A stretch of 64,000 nt of DNA from contig CAWGAA010000003.1 of assembly GCA_963820525.1 (NCBI GenBank), forward strand, positions 256,001 through 320,000. The letters are read 5' to 3'. This document shows, in pieces, positions 23,487 to 31,888 of this stretch; the stretch's first letter is position 1; every line of letters starts with the position of its first letter. A model generated the notes under the pieces. The model searched no databases. It was not told the DNA's origin and worked only from the letters and a program-made list of their open reading frames with translations. The position numbers were made by a program, and so were the translations under genes. The DNA comes from an uncultured Spirochaetota bacterium. GTDB taxonomy: Bacteria; Spirochaetota; Spirochaetia; SZUA-6; Fen-1364.

Positions 23487-23624
23487 TGCACTCGATAGTG
23501 AGCTTGCCAAAAAGTAAGCGGGGAATGACAATAAGAATGTAAGGGATCGAAAAAGTGCCGGAAGTGGGAGCGCTGCTGCTCCTGGGCAGCGCCCCTGCTT
23601 CTCCGGACCTGATGCATGCCTCAG

Positions 23625-25313
23625 TCATCCCGATTGCTTCGGCTGATGTCCGAATCTCAAAGCGGCGGTACCCTCAATTTTCGAAAGACCCTCAAGAAAC
23701 GAAGCCGGGACGGCATGCTCCCTGGCGAATCCTTTCAGCTGTTCGAGAGTTTCCGCAAAGACCGCGCGGTATTTGCGGTGAGCGAATGAGCCGAGAAGCC
23801 TCAGGATATCCCTGAAAAACCGCCTCTGGAGAGACGCGTCCGCCCCTCCGGCAATGAGCCGGATAAGCACGTCGATTTCCTCCCGTCTGTCCGTGACGCG
23901 ACAGGGGGAGAGCGCGGCAATCACGGCTTCCCGCGCGCGGCGGGAGACCAGCCGAAGGGACCGCGCAGGCTCAAGGAAGCGATAGAAGCCGCACATCGGC
24001 AAAAGCAGGGGCTCGTGCCCTCCGATCTGAATGGCGATGGCGTTTCCCTCTACGGCAAAGGCCTTCCTGATCCGATCGGGGTGAAACGATGAGCGAAGGA
24101 GCCTTTCCAGACCGGCCTCGAGCATCAGCTCTTCAAGCCGGCCGCGCCGCTCCGGTCCGGCTTTCAAGCGGCGGTCAACAACGAAGAGCAGCTCGAGGTT
24201 CCTTACCGTCCTTCCAATGCTCTGCTTTCCCCCGGGGTACTTCACGTAGTCCCGGGCGTGCACGGTGAGGCTGCCCGTTTCGGCCAGGATATCGGCCAGC
24301 TCCTCCACGCCGACGATGCCCTCGTCGCTGTAGCTCACGCAGAGGAAGCGGCAGTCCGCCGCGGCCGCGAGAGCACGAAAGGCGGCAGGGGCCGAGGCGG
24401 GGGAACAGAAAGCGGAGCGCGTTGTCACCCAGTCCTTGCGGATCCCCGCCTTCTCCATGAACCTGCCGTCCGCGGTCCGCTGCGAGCTCACATCCGGCTT
24501 GTCCCACAGGGCGATCGTCGTGAGCATGAAATAGTTGCTGCCGTACTGGTGGCCGGCGTAGGGGGGGTCCAGGTAGCAGATGTCGGATCCGTTTGAAGCG
24601 ACGAATCGCCGGGCATCCTCGCAGAAGACACGGGAGGGGCGGGGTGAGTCGACAAGAACCGGAGGCCGCATGGCGATGGGCGCCATGATCCGCTTCAGGG
24701 CATCCTTTCCATGGCCGCCGAACCCGCGGTGATACGCCTTGAAGACCCCCGATGTATTTGTGTGGGTGGCCGCTTCGTAGAGCAGGGGACCGAGGAGGAC
24801 CATCTTCTCCTTGAAGGCGGTTTCATCAGGCGGGATCCTCGGATACAACTCCTCGATGCGCTCGCGCACCGCGTCAATGAACAGCGCGTTCTCCGCCGTA
24901 TAGAAGAGCCGGTCCCTGCGCCAGTCCCCTTCAGCCGTGTTTTGCGGAGCGAAATGGCGGGCGATATAGCGCTTCTCGGCCGCGGGCGTGGGCAGGGCCG
25001 ACAGCTCCTTCAGCATCGCCGCAAGCCCGCCGCGGCATCGAAAGAGGCCGGCAAGCTCGCTCTCGCTCACCCCGATATAGCAGGAGTTGATGGCGAAGGC
25101 GTAGCGTTCCCAATCGTTGGCGAGAACGGAAAACCCCATGAGCCTGGCCAGGCGCGAGACCGAGCCGCTTCCGGCGAAAGGGTCCGAGAAAGTCACCTCT
25201 GCGCTTCCATCCGCCAGCCGGGAGAACACGCCATGGAGGAAGGGCAGAAGGGCGCGCTTGTTTCCGATATACGCGATGAGCTGCTCGTTGAGATAGGGAT
25301 GGCGCAGGTCCAT
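23625..25313 (-). CDS. DNA adenine methyltransferase (D12/FokI-like) with C-terminal extension
   Basis: YIGNKR, DPFAGSGSVS (motif I), YLDPPY (motif IV). Confidence 0.88.
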   Translation of the reverse strand: MDLRHPYLNEQLIAYIGNKRALLPFLHGVFSRLADGSAEVTFSDPFAGSGSVSRLARLMGFSVLANDWERYAFAINSCYIGVSESELAGLFRCRGGLAAMLKELSALPTPAAEKRYIARHFAPQNTAEGDWRRDRLFYTAENALFIDAVRERIEELYPRIPPDETAFKEKMVLLGPLLYEAATHTNTSGVFKAYHRGFGGHGKDALKRIMAPIAMRPPVLVDSPRPSRVFCEDARRFVASNGSDICYLDPPYAGHQYGSNYFMLTTIALWDKPDVSSQRTADGRFMEKAGIRKDWVTTRSAFCSPASAPAAFRALAAAADCRFLCVSYSDEGIVGVEELADILAETGSLTVHARDYVKYPGGKQSIGRTVRNLELLFVVDRRLKAGPERRGRLEELMLEAGLERLLRSSFHPDRIRKAFAVEGNAIAIQIGGHEPLLLPMCGFYRFLEPARSLRLVSRRAREAVIAALSPCRVTDRREEIDVLIRLIAGGADASLQRRFFRDILRLLGSFAHRKYRAVFAETLEQLKGFAREHAVPASFLEGLSKIEGTAALRFGHQPKQSG

Positions 25314-25321
25314 TCGCCCCC

Positions 25322-25687
25322 TCAGTCCGGCGAGTAGGTGGCGCGGCTGCCCTCGGTCTCGAACACCTCCACCAGGGAGATCCTCACCGCCGGAAGCTCG
25401 CTTTTCATCCGCCTGAATACGAAGCGGGCAATCCTCTCCGCGCTGGGAGCGCCGTCCTGGAATTCGGGATGATCGTTGAGGCTCGTATGGTCGAGCTCCG
25501 CCGTGATTTTGCCCAGCGCGCCCTTGAGGATGACGAAGTCCACGAGCATGCCGCCCTCGCCGAGCTCCGCGCCGGATGCCGTGACGCGCACCCTGTAGTT
25601 GTGGCCGTGGAGCCGCTCGCACTTGCCGTGGTAGTCGGCGAGGAAGTGTGCGGCAGCGAAGACGTCCTCCACGCGAACCGTGTACAT
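25322..25687 (-). CDS. queD: 6-carboxytetrahydropterin synthase
   Basis: FAAAH, KCERLHGHNY, LDH, PSAERIA, VFETE. Confidence 0.93.
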   Translation of the reverse strand: MYTVRVEDVFAAAHFLADYHGKCERLHGHNYRVRVTASGAELGEGGMLVDFVILKGALGKITAELDHTSLNDHPEFQDGAPSAERIARFVFRRMKSELPAVRISLVEVFETEGSRATYSPD

Positions 25688-25750
25688 GCCTTTTCAGTTT
25701 CCTTCCAAGCAACTATTCTTTCCGCGGCGGCCGCCTGTCAAGTGGCGGGG

Positions 25751-25816
25751 GCGCACCGCTTGCGCGGCCGACGATGTGTCCCCTCCACGGCCGGCGCGCC
25801 ACTTGCGCGGCCGACG
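25751..25816. repeat. Imperfect 23-bp direct repeat in the queD/murE divergent intergenic region
   Basis: GCGCACCGCTTGCGCGGCCGACG (25751-25773) vs GCGCGCCACTTGCGCGGCCGACG (25794-25816). Confidence 0.65.
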
Positions 25817-25835
25817 CACCCGGCAGCGCGCTCCC

Positions 25836-25864
25836 TTGATTCGAAGGCGGTCGATTGTTAGCAT
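25836..25864 (+). promoter_or_regulatory. murE promoter, leaderless spacing
   Basis: TTGATT-17nt-(TG-T)TAGCAT-6nt-ATG(25871), no SD. Confidence 0.65.
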
Positions 25865-25870
25865 GTGCCG

Positions 25871-27394
25871 ATGCCGAAAACCCTGAGGGAGCTCGCCGGC
25901 TCCCTGCCGCAGCTTGAGATTTCGGGTGACGCGGACCGTCCCATCACGGGAATCGCCTACGATTCCCGCGACGTGAAGAACGGCTTCATCTTCGTCGCGC
26001 TGGATGGGCTTCACACCGACGGACATCGCTTCATCCCGGACGCGGTCCGCCGCGGAGCCGCGGCAGTCGTTCACGCGAGGCCGGTCAGAGCGAAGGCGGA
26101 CGGGGTGGGCTATGCCCGCGTCGCCGATACCAGATCGTTCCTCTCCCCCCTTTCAGCGGCTTTCTTCGACAATCCATCCCGCGCTCTCAAGGTCATCGGC
26201 GTGACGGGCACCGATGGAAAGAGCTCCACGGTGTGGTTCATCCAGCAGATCCTCCAGGCCCTGGGGAAACGCTCGGGATTCCTCTCCACGGTAAACTTCC
26301 AGACCGACGCGGACATGGTGAAGAATCCCTTCCGTCAGTCGACGCCCGAGGCCTCCGAAATCCATGGGATGCTCGCGGAGATGGCGGCCAACGGCAAGGA
26401 GTACGCCGTGGTCGAGGCAACCTCTCACGGGCTCTCCCCGAAGACAAACCGCCTGGGAGACGTGCTATTCGACGCGGCGGTGATGACCAATGTCACGCAC
26501 GAGCACCTCGAGTTCCACGGAAGCTTCGAGCAGTACCGCTCGGACAAGGCGAACCTCTTCCGCGCTCTGGAACGCTCAGGCGGCAAGCCTTTCTCCTGCC
26601 CGCGCTTCGGCGTGGTGAACGCGGATGATCCCAGCCAGGAATACTTCAGGGGATGCACGCATCTTCCCGTCTACCTCTACAGCGCCCGGGGGCCCGCGGA
26701 CCTCGCGGCCGAGGCCAGCGAAACCGATATTTCAGGCTGCTCCTTCACGATGGCTTACAAGGGAGCCCGCAGGCATGCCCGCATTCGGATTCCCGGGCCT
26801 TTCTGGGTGGAGAATGCGCTGGCCGCATGCCTTGCCGTCTCCCAGATCCTCTCCGTGGATCCTCTGGACCTGGCGCCCGGCCTGGCTCGCCTGCGCGGCG
26901 TCAAGGGAAGGATGGAGAGCGTGGAGCTGGGCCAGCCCTTCACCGTCATCGTGGATTATGCCCACACGCCCGGCGCCTTCGAGAAGCTCCTTCCCTGGGT
27001 GAAAGCGAACACCCGCGGAAGGCTCATCACGGTGTTCGGCTCCGCCGGGGAGAGGGATCTCGAGAAGCGTCCCATGCAGGGACGGATTGCGGCTGAAAGC
27101 GGCGATATCCTCGTCCTGACGGATGAGGACCCGCGCGGGGAGGATCGTGAATCGATCCTCGAGCAGATCGCGGCCGGGTGCCCGGGAAGGCGCAGGGGCG
27201 AGGACCTTTACCTGATTGCCGACCGCCCCGCGGCCATTCGCCGCGCTTTCTCCATCGCTGCCCCGGGGGACGCGGTTCTCCTCCTCGGAAAGGGGCACGA
27301 GGGAAGCATAATCTTCGCCGACGGCCCCCGCGAATACGACGAGAGAACCGAGGCTGAAAAGGCGCTCGCCGAGATGGGATTCGCCCGGCCCTGA
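25871..27394 (+). CDS. murE: UDP-N-acetylmuramyl-tripeptide synthetase
   Basis: YDSR, GVTGTDGKSST, EATSHGL, HEHLEFHG, VDYAHTP, DEDPR, GKGHE. Confidence 0.95.
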   Translation: MPKTLRELAGSLPQLEISGDADRPITGIAYDSRDVKNGFIFVALDGLHTDGHRFIPDAVRRGAAAVVHARPVRAKADGVGYARVADTRSFLSPLSAAFFDNPSRALKVIGVTGTDGKSSTVWFIQQILQALGKRSGFLSTVNFQTDADMVKNPFRQSTPEASEIHGMLAEMAANGKEYAVVEATSHGLSPKTNRLGDVLFDAAVMTNVTHEHLEFHGSFEQYRSDKANLFRALERSGGKPFSCPRFGVVNADDPSQEYFRGCTHLPVYLYSARGPADLAAEASETDISGCSFTMAYKGARRHARIRIPGPFWVENALAACLAVSQILSVDPLDLAPGLARLRGVKGRMESVELGQPFTVIVDYAHTPGAFEKLLPWVKANTRGRLITVFGSAGERDLEKRPMQGRIAAESGDILVLTDEDPRGEDRESILEQIAAGCPGRRRGEDLYLIADRPAAIRRAFSIAAPGDAVLLLGKGHEGSIIFADGPREYDERTEAEKALAEMGFARP

Positions 27395-27525
27395 TCGGGG
27401 CCGCGCTTGGGCGCCGCTCAAAGCGGCCGCACAGGGCAGCATGCGGCCGCCCCCCTTGGGCGCCGCGTATCGGCCGCCCCCGCGGCGGACGCAGCTTGGA
27501 GCCTATCGATCAAGGAGTGAGACTG

Positions 27526-28614
27526 ATGAAGGTATGCGTCCTGTACGGCGGAAAGTCGGGAGAGCACGAGGTGTCCCTGAGGTCCGCCGCGTCAGTTGCG
27601 AAGAACCTGGATCCGGAAAAATACGAGATTGCGGCCGTCGGCATCGACAAGAGCGGCAGGTGGTTCCTCCAGGGCAAGCTCACGACAAAAAGCGGCCCCG
27701 AGGGCAACTCGCTTCTTGTAGCGGATACCTCCCAGATCGTCTCCTGCGTTCCCGGCGAAGGCCTGTTCGCCGGCGGCAGGCGGCTGGACGTGGCGTGCGC
27801 CTTTCCCGTCCTGCACGGGACCTACGGCGAGGACGGGACGGTTCAGGGGCTGCTCGAGCTTGCCGGGATTCCCTACGTCGGAGCCGGGGTGCTTGCAAGC
27901 TCCGTCTCGCTGGACAAGGAGAAGACAAAGTGCCTCTGGAGGGACGCGGGGCTTCCCGTCCTCGAGTTCTCCGTGGTGGGCGCCCGCCATGCGCCGGCCG
28001 AGCGGCTGGAAGCTGCGCGGCGCGTCGGCTTTCCGGTGTTCGTGAAGCCCTGCTCGGCAGGCTCATCCCTGGGCGCTTCCCGCGCGCGCACCGAGGGGGA
28101 CCTCGATGGGGCGATTCAGGAGGCGCTGCGCTACGACACGCGGGCGCTCGTCGAGCGCTTCGTCGACGCCAGGGAGATCGAGTGCTCGGTGATCGGAAAC
28201 CACTCACCGCGCGCTTTCCTGCCGGGAGAGGTGGTCCCCTCTCAAGCTCACCCCTTCTACGATTACGAGGCGAAATACACGGATCCCGACGGCGCGGCGC
28301 TCGTCGCTCCGGCCAGGCTGCCTCCCGAAGTCCAGGACCGGGTCATGCGCATGGCCGAGGCGGCATACGGCGCGGTGGGCTGCGAAGGCATGGCGCGCAT
28401 CGATTTCTTCCTTATAAAAGATTCCGGTGGAATCGTTTTGAACGAGATCAACACGATCCCCGGGTTCACAAGCATCAGCATGTTCCCGCGGATGTGCGAG
28501 ACTTCCGGGCTGTCGTATGGGAAGCTCCTCGACACCCTCATCGATCTCGCGATGGAGCGCGACAGGGAGCGAGCGAGCGTCTCATACTCGTTTGAAATCA
28601 CTCCGGGCGCTTGA
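27526..28614 (+). CDS. ddl: D-alanine--D-alanine ligase
   Basis: GGKSGEHEVS, LHGTYGEDG, FYDYEAKY, NEINTIPGFT. Confidence 0.95.
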   Translation: MKVCVLYGGKSGEHEVSLRSAASVAKNLDPEKYEIAAVGIDKSGRWFLQGKLTTKSGPEGNSLLVADTSQIVSCVPGEGLFAGGRRLDVACAFPVLHGTYGEDGTVQGLLELAGIPYVGAGVLASSVSLDKEKTKCLWRDAGLPVLEFSVVGARHAPAERLEAARRVGFPVFVKPCSAGSSLGASRARTEGDLDGAIQEALRYDTRALVERFVDAREIECSVIGNHSPRAFLPGEVVPSQAHPFYDYEAKYTDPDGAALVAPARLPPEVQDRVMRMAEAAYGAVGCEGMARIDFFLIKDSGGIVLNEINTIPGFTSISMFPRMCETSGLSYGKLLDTLIDLAMERDRERASVSYSFEITPGA

Positions 28615-28670
28615 CCGGCCGGCGCATTTATGCGACTAGTATAGCAGCAAACGTTGGAAGGAGAGTGGAA

Positions 28671-28928
28671 ATGGGCTGGAATACGGCATATCTGGTGATC
28701 TCGATAATCGCGGGCGTCCTGGGCATCTGGAACCTCGCCCGACAGAGGAATGTTTTCCTCGCCATCACGGGGATCTTTTGGTTCCTGGTGGTTCTGTTTC
28801 AGTTCTATGTTCCCCGGGTCTACAACTACGTTCTCATTTCCGGTCTCCCCGAAGTCGGTATTCTTCTGACCTTCGTCCTCGTCCCCGTATTCCTGATCCT
28901 CGCATTTTTCGCGAGCAACCGGCGTTAG
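28671..28928 (+). CDS. Small membrane protein of unknown function
   Basis: 85 aa, three hydrophobic segments, AAGGAG upstream. Confidence 0.7.
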   Translation: MGWNTAYLVISIIAGVLGIWNLARQRNVFLAITGIFWFLVVLFQFYVPRVYNYVLISGLPEVGILLTFVLVPVFLILAFFASNRR

Positions 28929-29995
28929 TCGGACGCATCGATGTCAAACGGACGCCCGGTGAGCCTTTCCAATGCCCACCGGGCCGCTTCCCTCACTCCA
29001 GGGGCGGCATCATCGGTATGACGGCTCACGGCTTCGGCCAGCGAGGTTTCCCGCCTGTTTCCCGCCGCAATCAGGGCATTGCGAAGAAGCGCTTGGGTTG
29101 AAACCCACGACATCCCCATCGGCGTTTTCTTGAAGAATGCGCGCATCCCCTCGATATCCAGCGAGAGGATCGTGCGAAGGGGCACGCTCGGCCCGATCTC
29201 TCCCCTGCTCACGCGGCTTTCTTCACCGGCAGCCTCATTATAGGGACACGCGGACTGGCAGTCCTGGCAGCCGTAGAGACGGGAGCCCCATGCCTCACGT
29301 GCCTTGGGGGCAAACGGCACGGCCCGTGAAGCAAGGCCCTGGAGACAGCGATCGGGATCGACGAGCCCCCGTTCGACGATCGCGCCGGCGGGACACGCCT
29401 CCACGCACAGGGCGCAGGAACCGCACGGGTCCTCCGCAGCCGTGAAGGCCGAGGCCGGCATCTGTCGGGAGGGTATGGGGAGGACCGCTCCCGCGATCAC
29501 GAAGCGCGAACCGAGGACGGGAGCGATGGCCAGGCCGTTTGAGCCGATCCAAGCCAGCCCCGCGGCGGCCAGGAGAGGCTTCTCCGGAATCCGCGAGTTT
29601 GAAAAGATCCGGACGCTCTTGCGAGGGATGGAAAGCTCCGCGATAAATGGGGAAAGAGCGCTTCGAAGCATGGAAGCGGCCGCGGCGTAGAAGTTTCTTC
29701 TGGCAAAGGGCGCGATCAGGGCGTGGGGATCTTCCGGGGTCGAAAGGTCATCGGGCTCGGCTCGGAAAGTGGACAGGGCGCACACGAGGATGGAATGGCT
29801 TTCGGCCCATCCCTCCGGCTGGAGCACCCAGTCCAGCTCCATCTCCTGGAGTCCCGGTTTTTCGTACCATCCGCGCCCGCGAAGCGCGGCCGTCCGAGGG
29901 GCGAACGCGCCGAGGCGGCGCGGATCCACGAACCCCGCGAAGGAGAATCCGGCCTCCCGAGCGAGACGTGATGGGTCGAGGGATGCAGCCGTCAG
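28925..29995 (-). CDS. QueG-like epoxyqueuosine reductase family 4Fe-4S protein
   Basis: PEKPL..AAGL.WIG.N, CGSC..C..ACP, YGC.DCQ.ACPYN, RNALIA.GN; start uncertain (CTG overlapping rubredoxin stop). Confidence 0.8.
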   Translation of the reverse strand: MTAASLDPSRLAREAGFSFAGFVDPRRLGAFAPRTAALRGRGWYEKPGLQEMELDWVLQPEGWAESHSILVCALSTFRAEPDDLSTPEDPHALIAPFARRNFYAAAASMLRSALSPFIAELSIPRKSVRIFSNSRIPEKPLLAAAGLAWIGSNGLAIAPVLGSRFVIAGAVLPIPSRQMPASAFTAAEDPCGSCALCVEACPAGAIVERGLVDPDRCLQGLASRAVPFAPKAREAWGSRLYGCQDCQSACPYNEAAGEESRVSRGEIGPSVPLRTILSLDIEGMRAFFKKTPMGMSWVSTQALLRNALIAAGNRRETSLAEAVSRHTDDAAPGVREAARWALERLTGRPFDIDASD

Positions 29996-30156
29996 TCCGA
30001 TGCCTTCTCGAAATCTTCCTTGCCCGCGCCGCACACGGGGCAGACCCAGTCGGCGGGGAGGTTTTCGAAAGGAGTGCCGGGTTGTACGCCATTGGCGGGA
30101 TCGCCAACCGCGGGGTCGTATATGTATCCGCACACCGTGCAAACCCACTTCTGCAT
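29992..30156 (-). CDS. Rubredoxin
   Basis: [10 protein letters not shown]...[17 protein letters not shown]. Confidence 0.96.
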   Translation of the reverse strand: MQKWVCTVCGYIYDPAVGDPANGVQPGTPFENLPADWVCPVCGAGKEDFEKASD

Positions 30157-30296
30157 ACCTGCTCCTTTCTTCGCGGGGATACTACAGGAAAGGGGCGGGA
30201 TGTTCAATCCACGGGGGCTCGTGACGGCCCGCCGGGCTCCGCCGCCCATTCCGCCAAGATTGACAGCGCGCGGCGTTTCCCATAGGATTGCCTACC

Positions 30297-31865
30297 ATGG
30301 ACCCCCAGAGTCCGGAGGTGCCCGTCGTCCAGAAGACCGACGCCAAGGCGGCGGCGCAGCCCGGATTTTTCGAGAAGCTCTTCTCTTTCCTCCTCGTAAA
30401 CAATGACCCGGAGCGGCAGAAGCAGAAGCTGCTCAAGCAGATCGGCAAGGAGCTCAAGAAAAATCGTCCCCGCTACTTCAACCCGGCGCAGGGCCTCGCC
30501 GAACCGTCCCTGGCCCGCTTCTTCTACGAGTTCTACAAGGCATTCGCTCCGGCGCAGCTCCTCCTCCGCGGCGCGAGGGAGTCCGGCGTGCTGAAATCGA
30601 TCATCGTGGATCTGTCCCTGAGCGAGGACCAGGCCGGGATGAAGGAGCGGCTCTCCGAGAAGTCGATCGAGGAGCGGGCCAGGAGCGCGGATCCCACGAG
30701 CATCTCCGAGCAGCTGAAGGAGGAGGCGCACCGCTTCGTCCAGAGCTTCGACGTGAACTCGATGAACGAGATCGACGCCTCATACAATCGGATGGCGGTG
30801 CTCCTGGACCTGGCGGCCTTCGACTACTACTTCCTCCTTCGCAAGTTCGACTCCGCCATTCCCGAGCGGGACTTCAACTACCGGTCCCGCTTCGAAACCA
30901 TCAACTGCGAGTATGTCCTGGATGAGCTGAAGGACTTCCTGGAGATCATCCCCTCCGTGGACCCCGAGGCGGACTGGGAGCAGCTCCTGGCCATCCTGAA
31001 GGAATACCGGGGCGTGGAGGTTGTCTCGAGCGAGGGAATGCGCAAGGTGACGCAGCTCGTGCGGGACGTGCAGCGCTCCGGGGTGCTCCTCTCCATCGTC
31101 CGCTACATGGACAAGAACCCCTGGTACAAGCCCCTCCTGCGGGGGCATTACGAGCGCATCGTGGAGTCCTACATCACCAAGGTGAAAAGCCAGGCGGAGA
31201 TGACCATCGAAAAGATCGCCCAGAGCAGGAGGAGCCAGAAGCTCCAGGAGCTCACCCAACTCGTGTTCGGGACCGCCTCCGTCTCGCGCCTGCTCAACTA
31301 CTCCGAGAAGACGAACATGACCTTCTCGAAGAAGATGCTGGGCGGCTTCATCCACGTCTCCACGCTCAACTACCTCAAGGCGTTCCTCCTCGACTATTTC
31401 AAGAAGAACATCCGGGAGATCGTGGACCTGCTTCTTATCAAGGGCAAATGGGCCAACAACCAGCCCTCGCAGGCCGTCTCCGAGGCGTATCACCAGCTTT
31501 TGAAGATCTCGGAGGCCATCTCGCGCTTCGACGAGGCGCTTGCCGAGGACGGGGATCTGGGACGCAAGATGAAGAACGTGGTGGTGCGGGCAGACAGGGA
31601 CAAGAAGGCCATCACGAACCTGCGGGCCCTGCTCCAGGAGATCAACGACCAGGCCTGGAGCATGATCCAGGAGGCCGTGCAGCACCTGGTGGCCATCGGC
31701 AAGATCCTCAAGCTCGTCTACGAGGATTACGGCAAGACCCACTCCGAGCTCATCATCAACTGGCGCGAGCTGAAGTCCATGACGGACAAGGACATCAGGA
31801 ACCTCGTGGCCTCGGTGTACAAGCAGATCTACAACTTCGTCCAGCTCATCCAGTACTGCCGGTAG
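30297..31865 (+). CDS. Conserved helical protein, DUF5312-like (spirochaete)
   Basis: Long ORF with genome-typical codon use; FDYYFLLRKFD motif recalled from this family; TTGACA-17-TAGGAT-8nt-ATG. Confidence 0.65.
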   Translation: MDPQSPEVPVVQKTDAKAAAQPGFFEKLFSFLLVNNDPERQKQKLLKQIGKELKKNRPRYFNPAQGLAEPSLARFFYEFYKAFAPAQLLLRGARESGVLKSIIVDLSLSEDQAGMKERLSEKSIEERARSADPTSISEQLKEEAHRFVQSFDVNSMNEIDASYNRMAVLLDLAAFDYYFLLRKFDSAIPERDFNYRSRFETINCEYVLDELKDFLEIIPSVDPEADWEQLLAILKEYRGVEVVSSEGMRKVTQLVRDVQRSGVLLSIVRYMDKNPWYKPLLRGHYERIVESYITKVKSQAEMTIEKIAQSRRSQKLQELTQLVFGTASVSRLLNYSEKTNMTFSKKMLGGFIHVSTLNYLKAFLLDYFKKNIREIVDLLLIKGKWANNQPSQAVSEAYHQLLKISEAISRFDEALAEDGDLGRKMKNVVVRADRDKKAITNLRALLQEINDQAWSMIQEAVQHLVAIGKILKLVYEDYGKTHSELIINWRELKSMTDKDIRNLVASVYKQIYNFVQLIQYCR

Positions 31866-31888
31866 GACCCGCGGCGACGCCCGCAGCC

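Noticed and set aside
18575..23620. CRISPR array near the cas3 stub
   Set aside because: No series of regularly spaced 28-37 bp repeats was visible here or elsewhere in the window
27395..27495. GC-rich repeats (CTTGGGCGCCGC, CGGCCGC) between murE and ddl
   Set aside because: Short and low-complexity, with no recognisable element or RNA
23625..29995. 7-deazaguanine DNA modification (dpd) cluster suggested by queD + DNA MTase + queG-like
   Set aside because: No dpdA/tgt-like, queC, queE or folE gene; intervening genes are murE/ddl, and ordinary queuosine synthesis explains it
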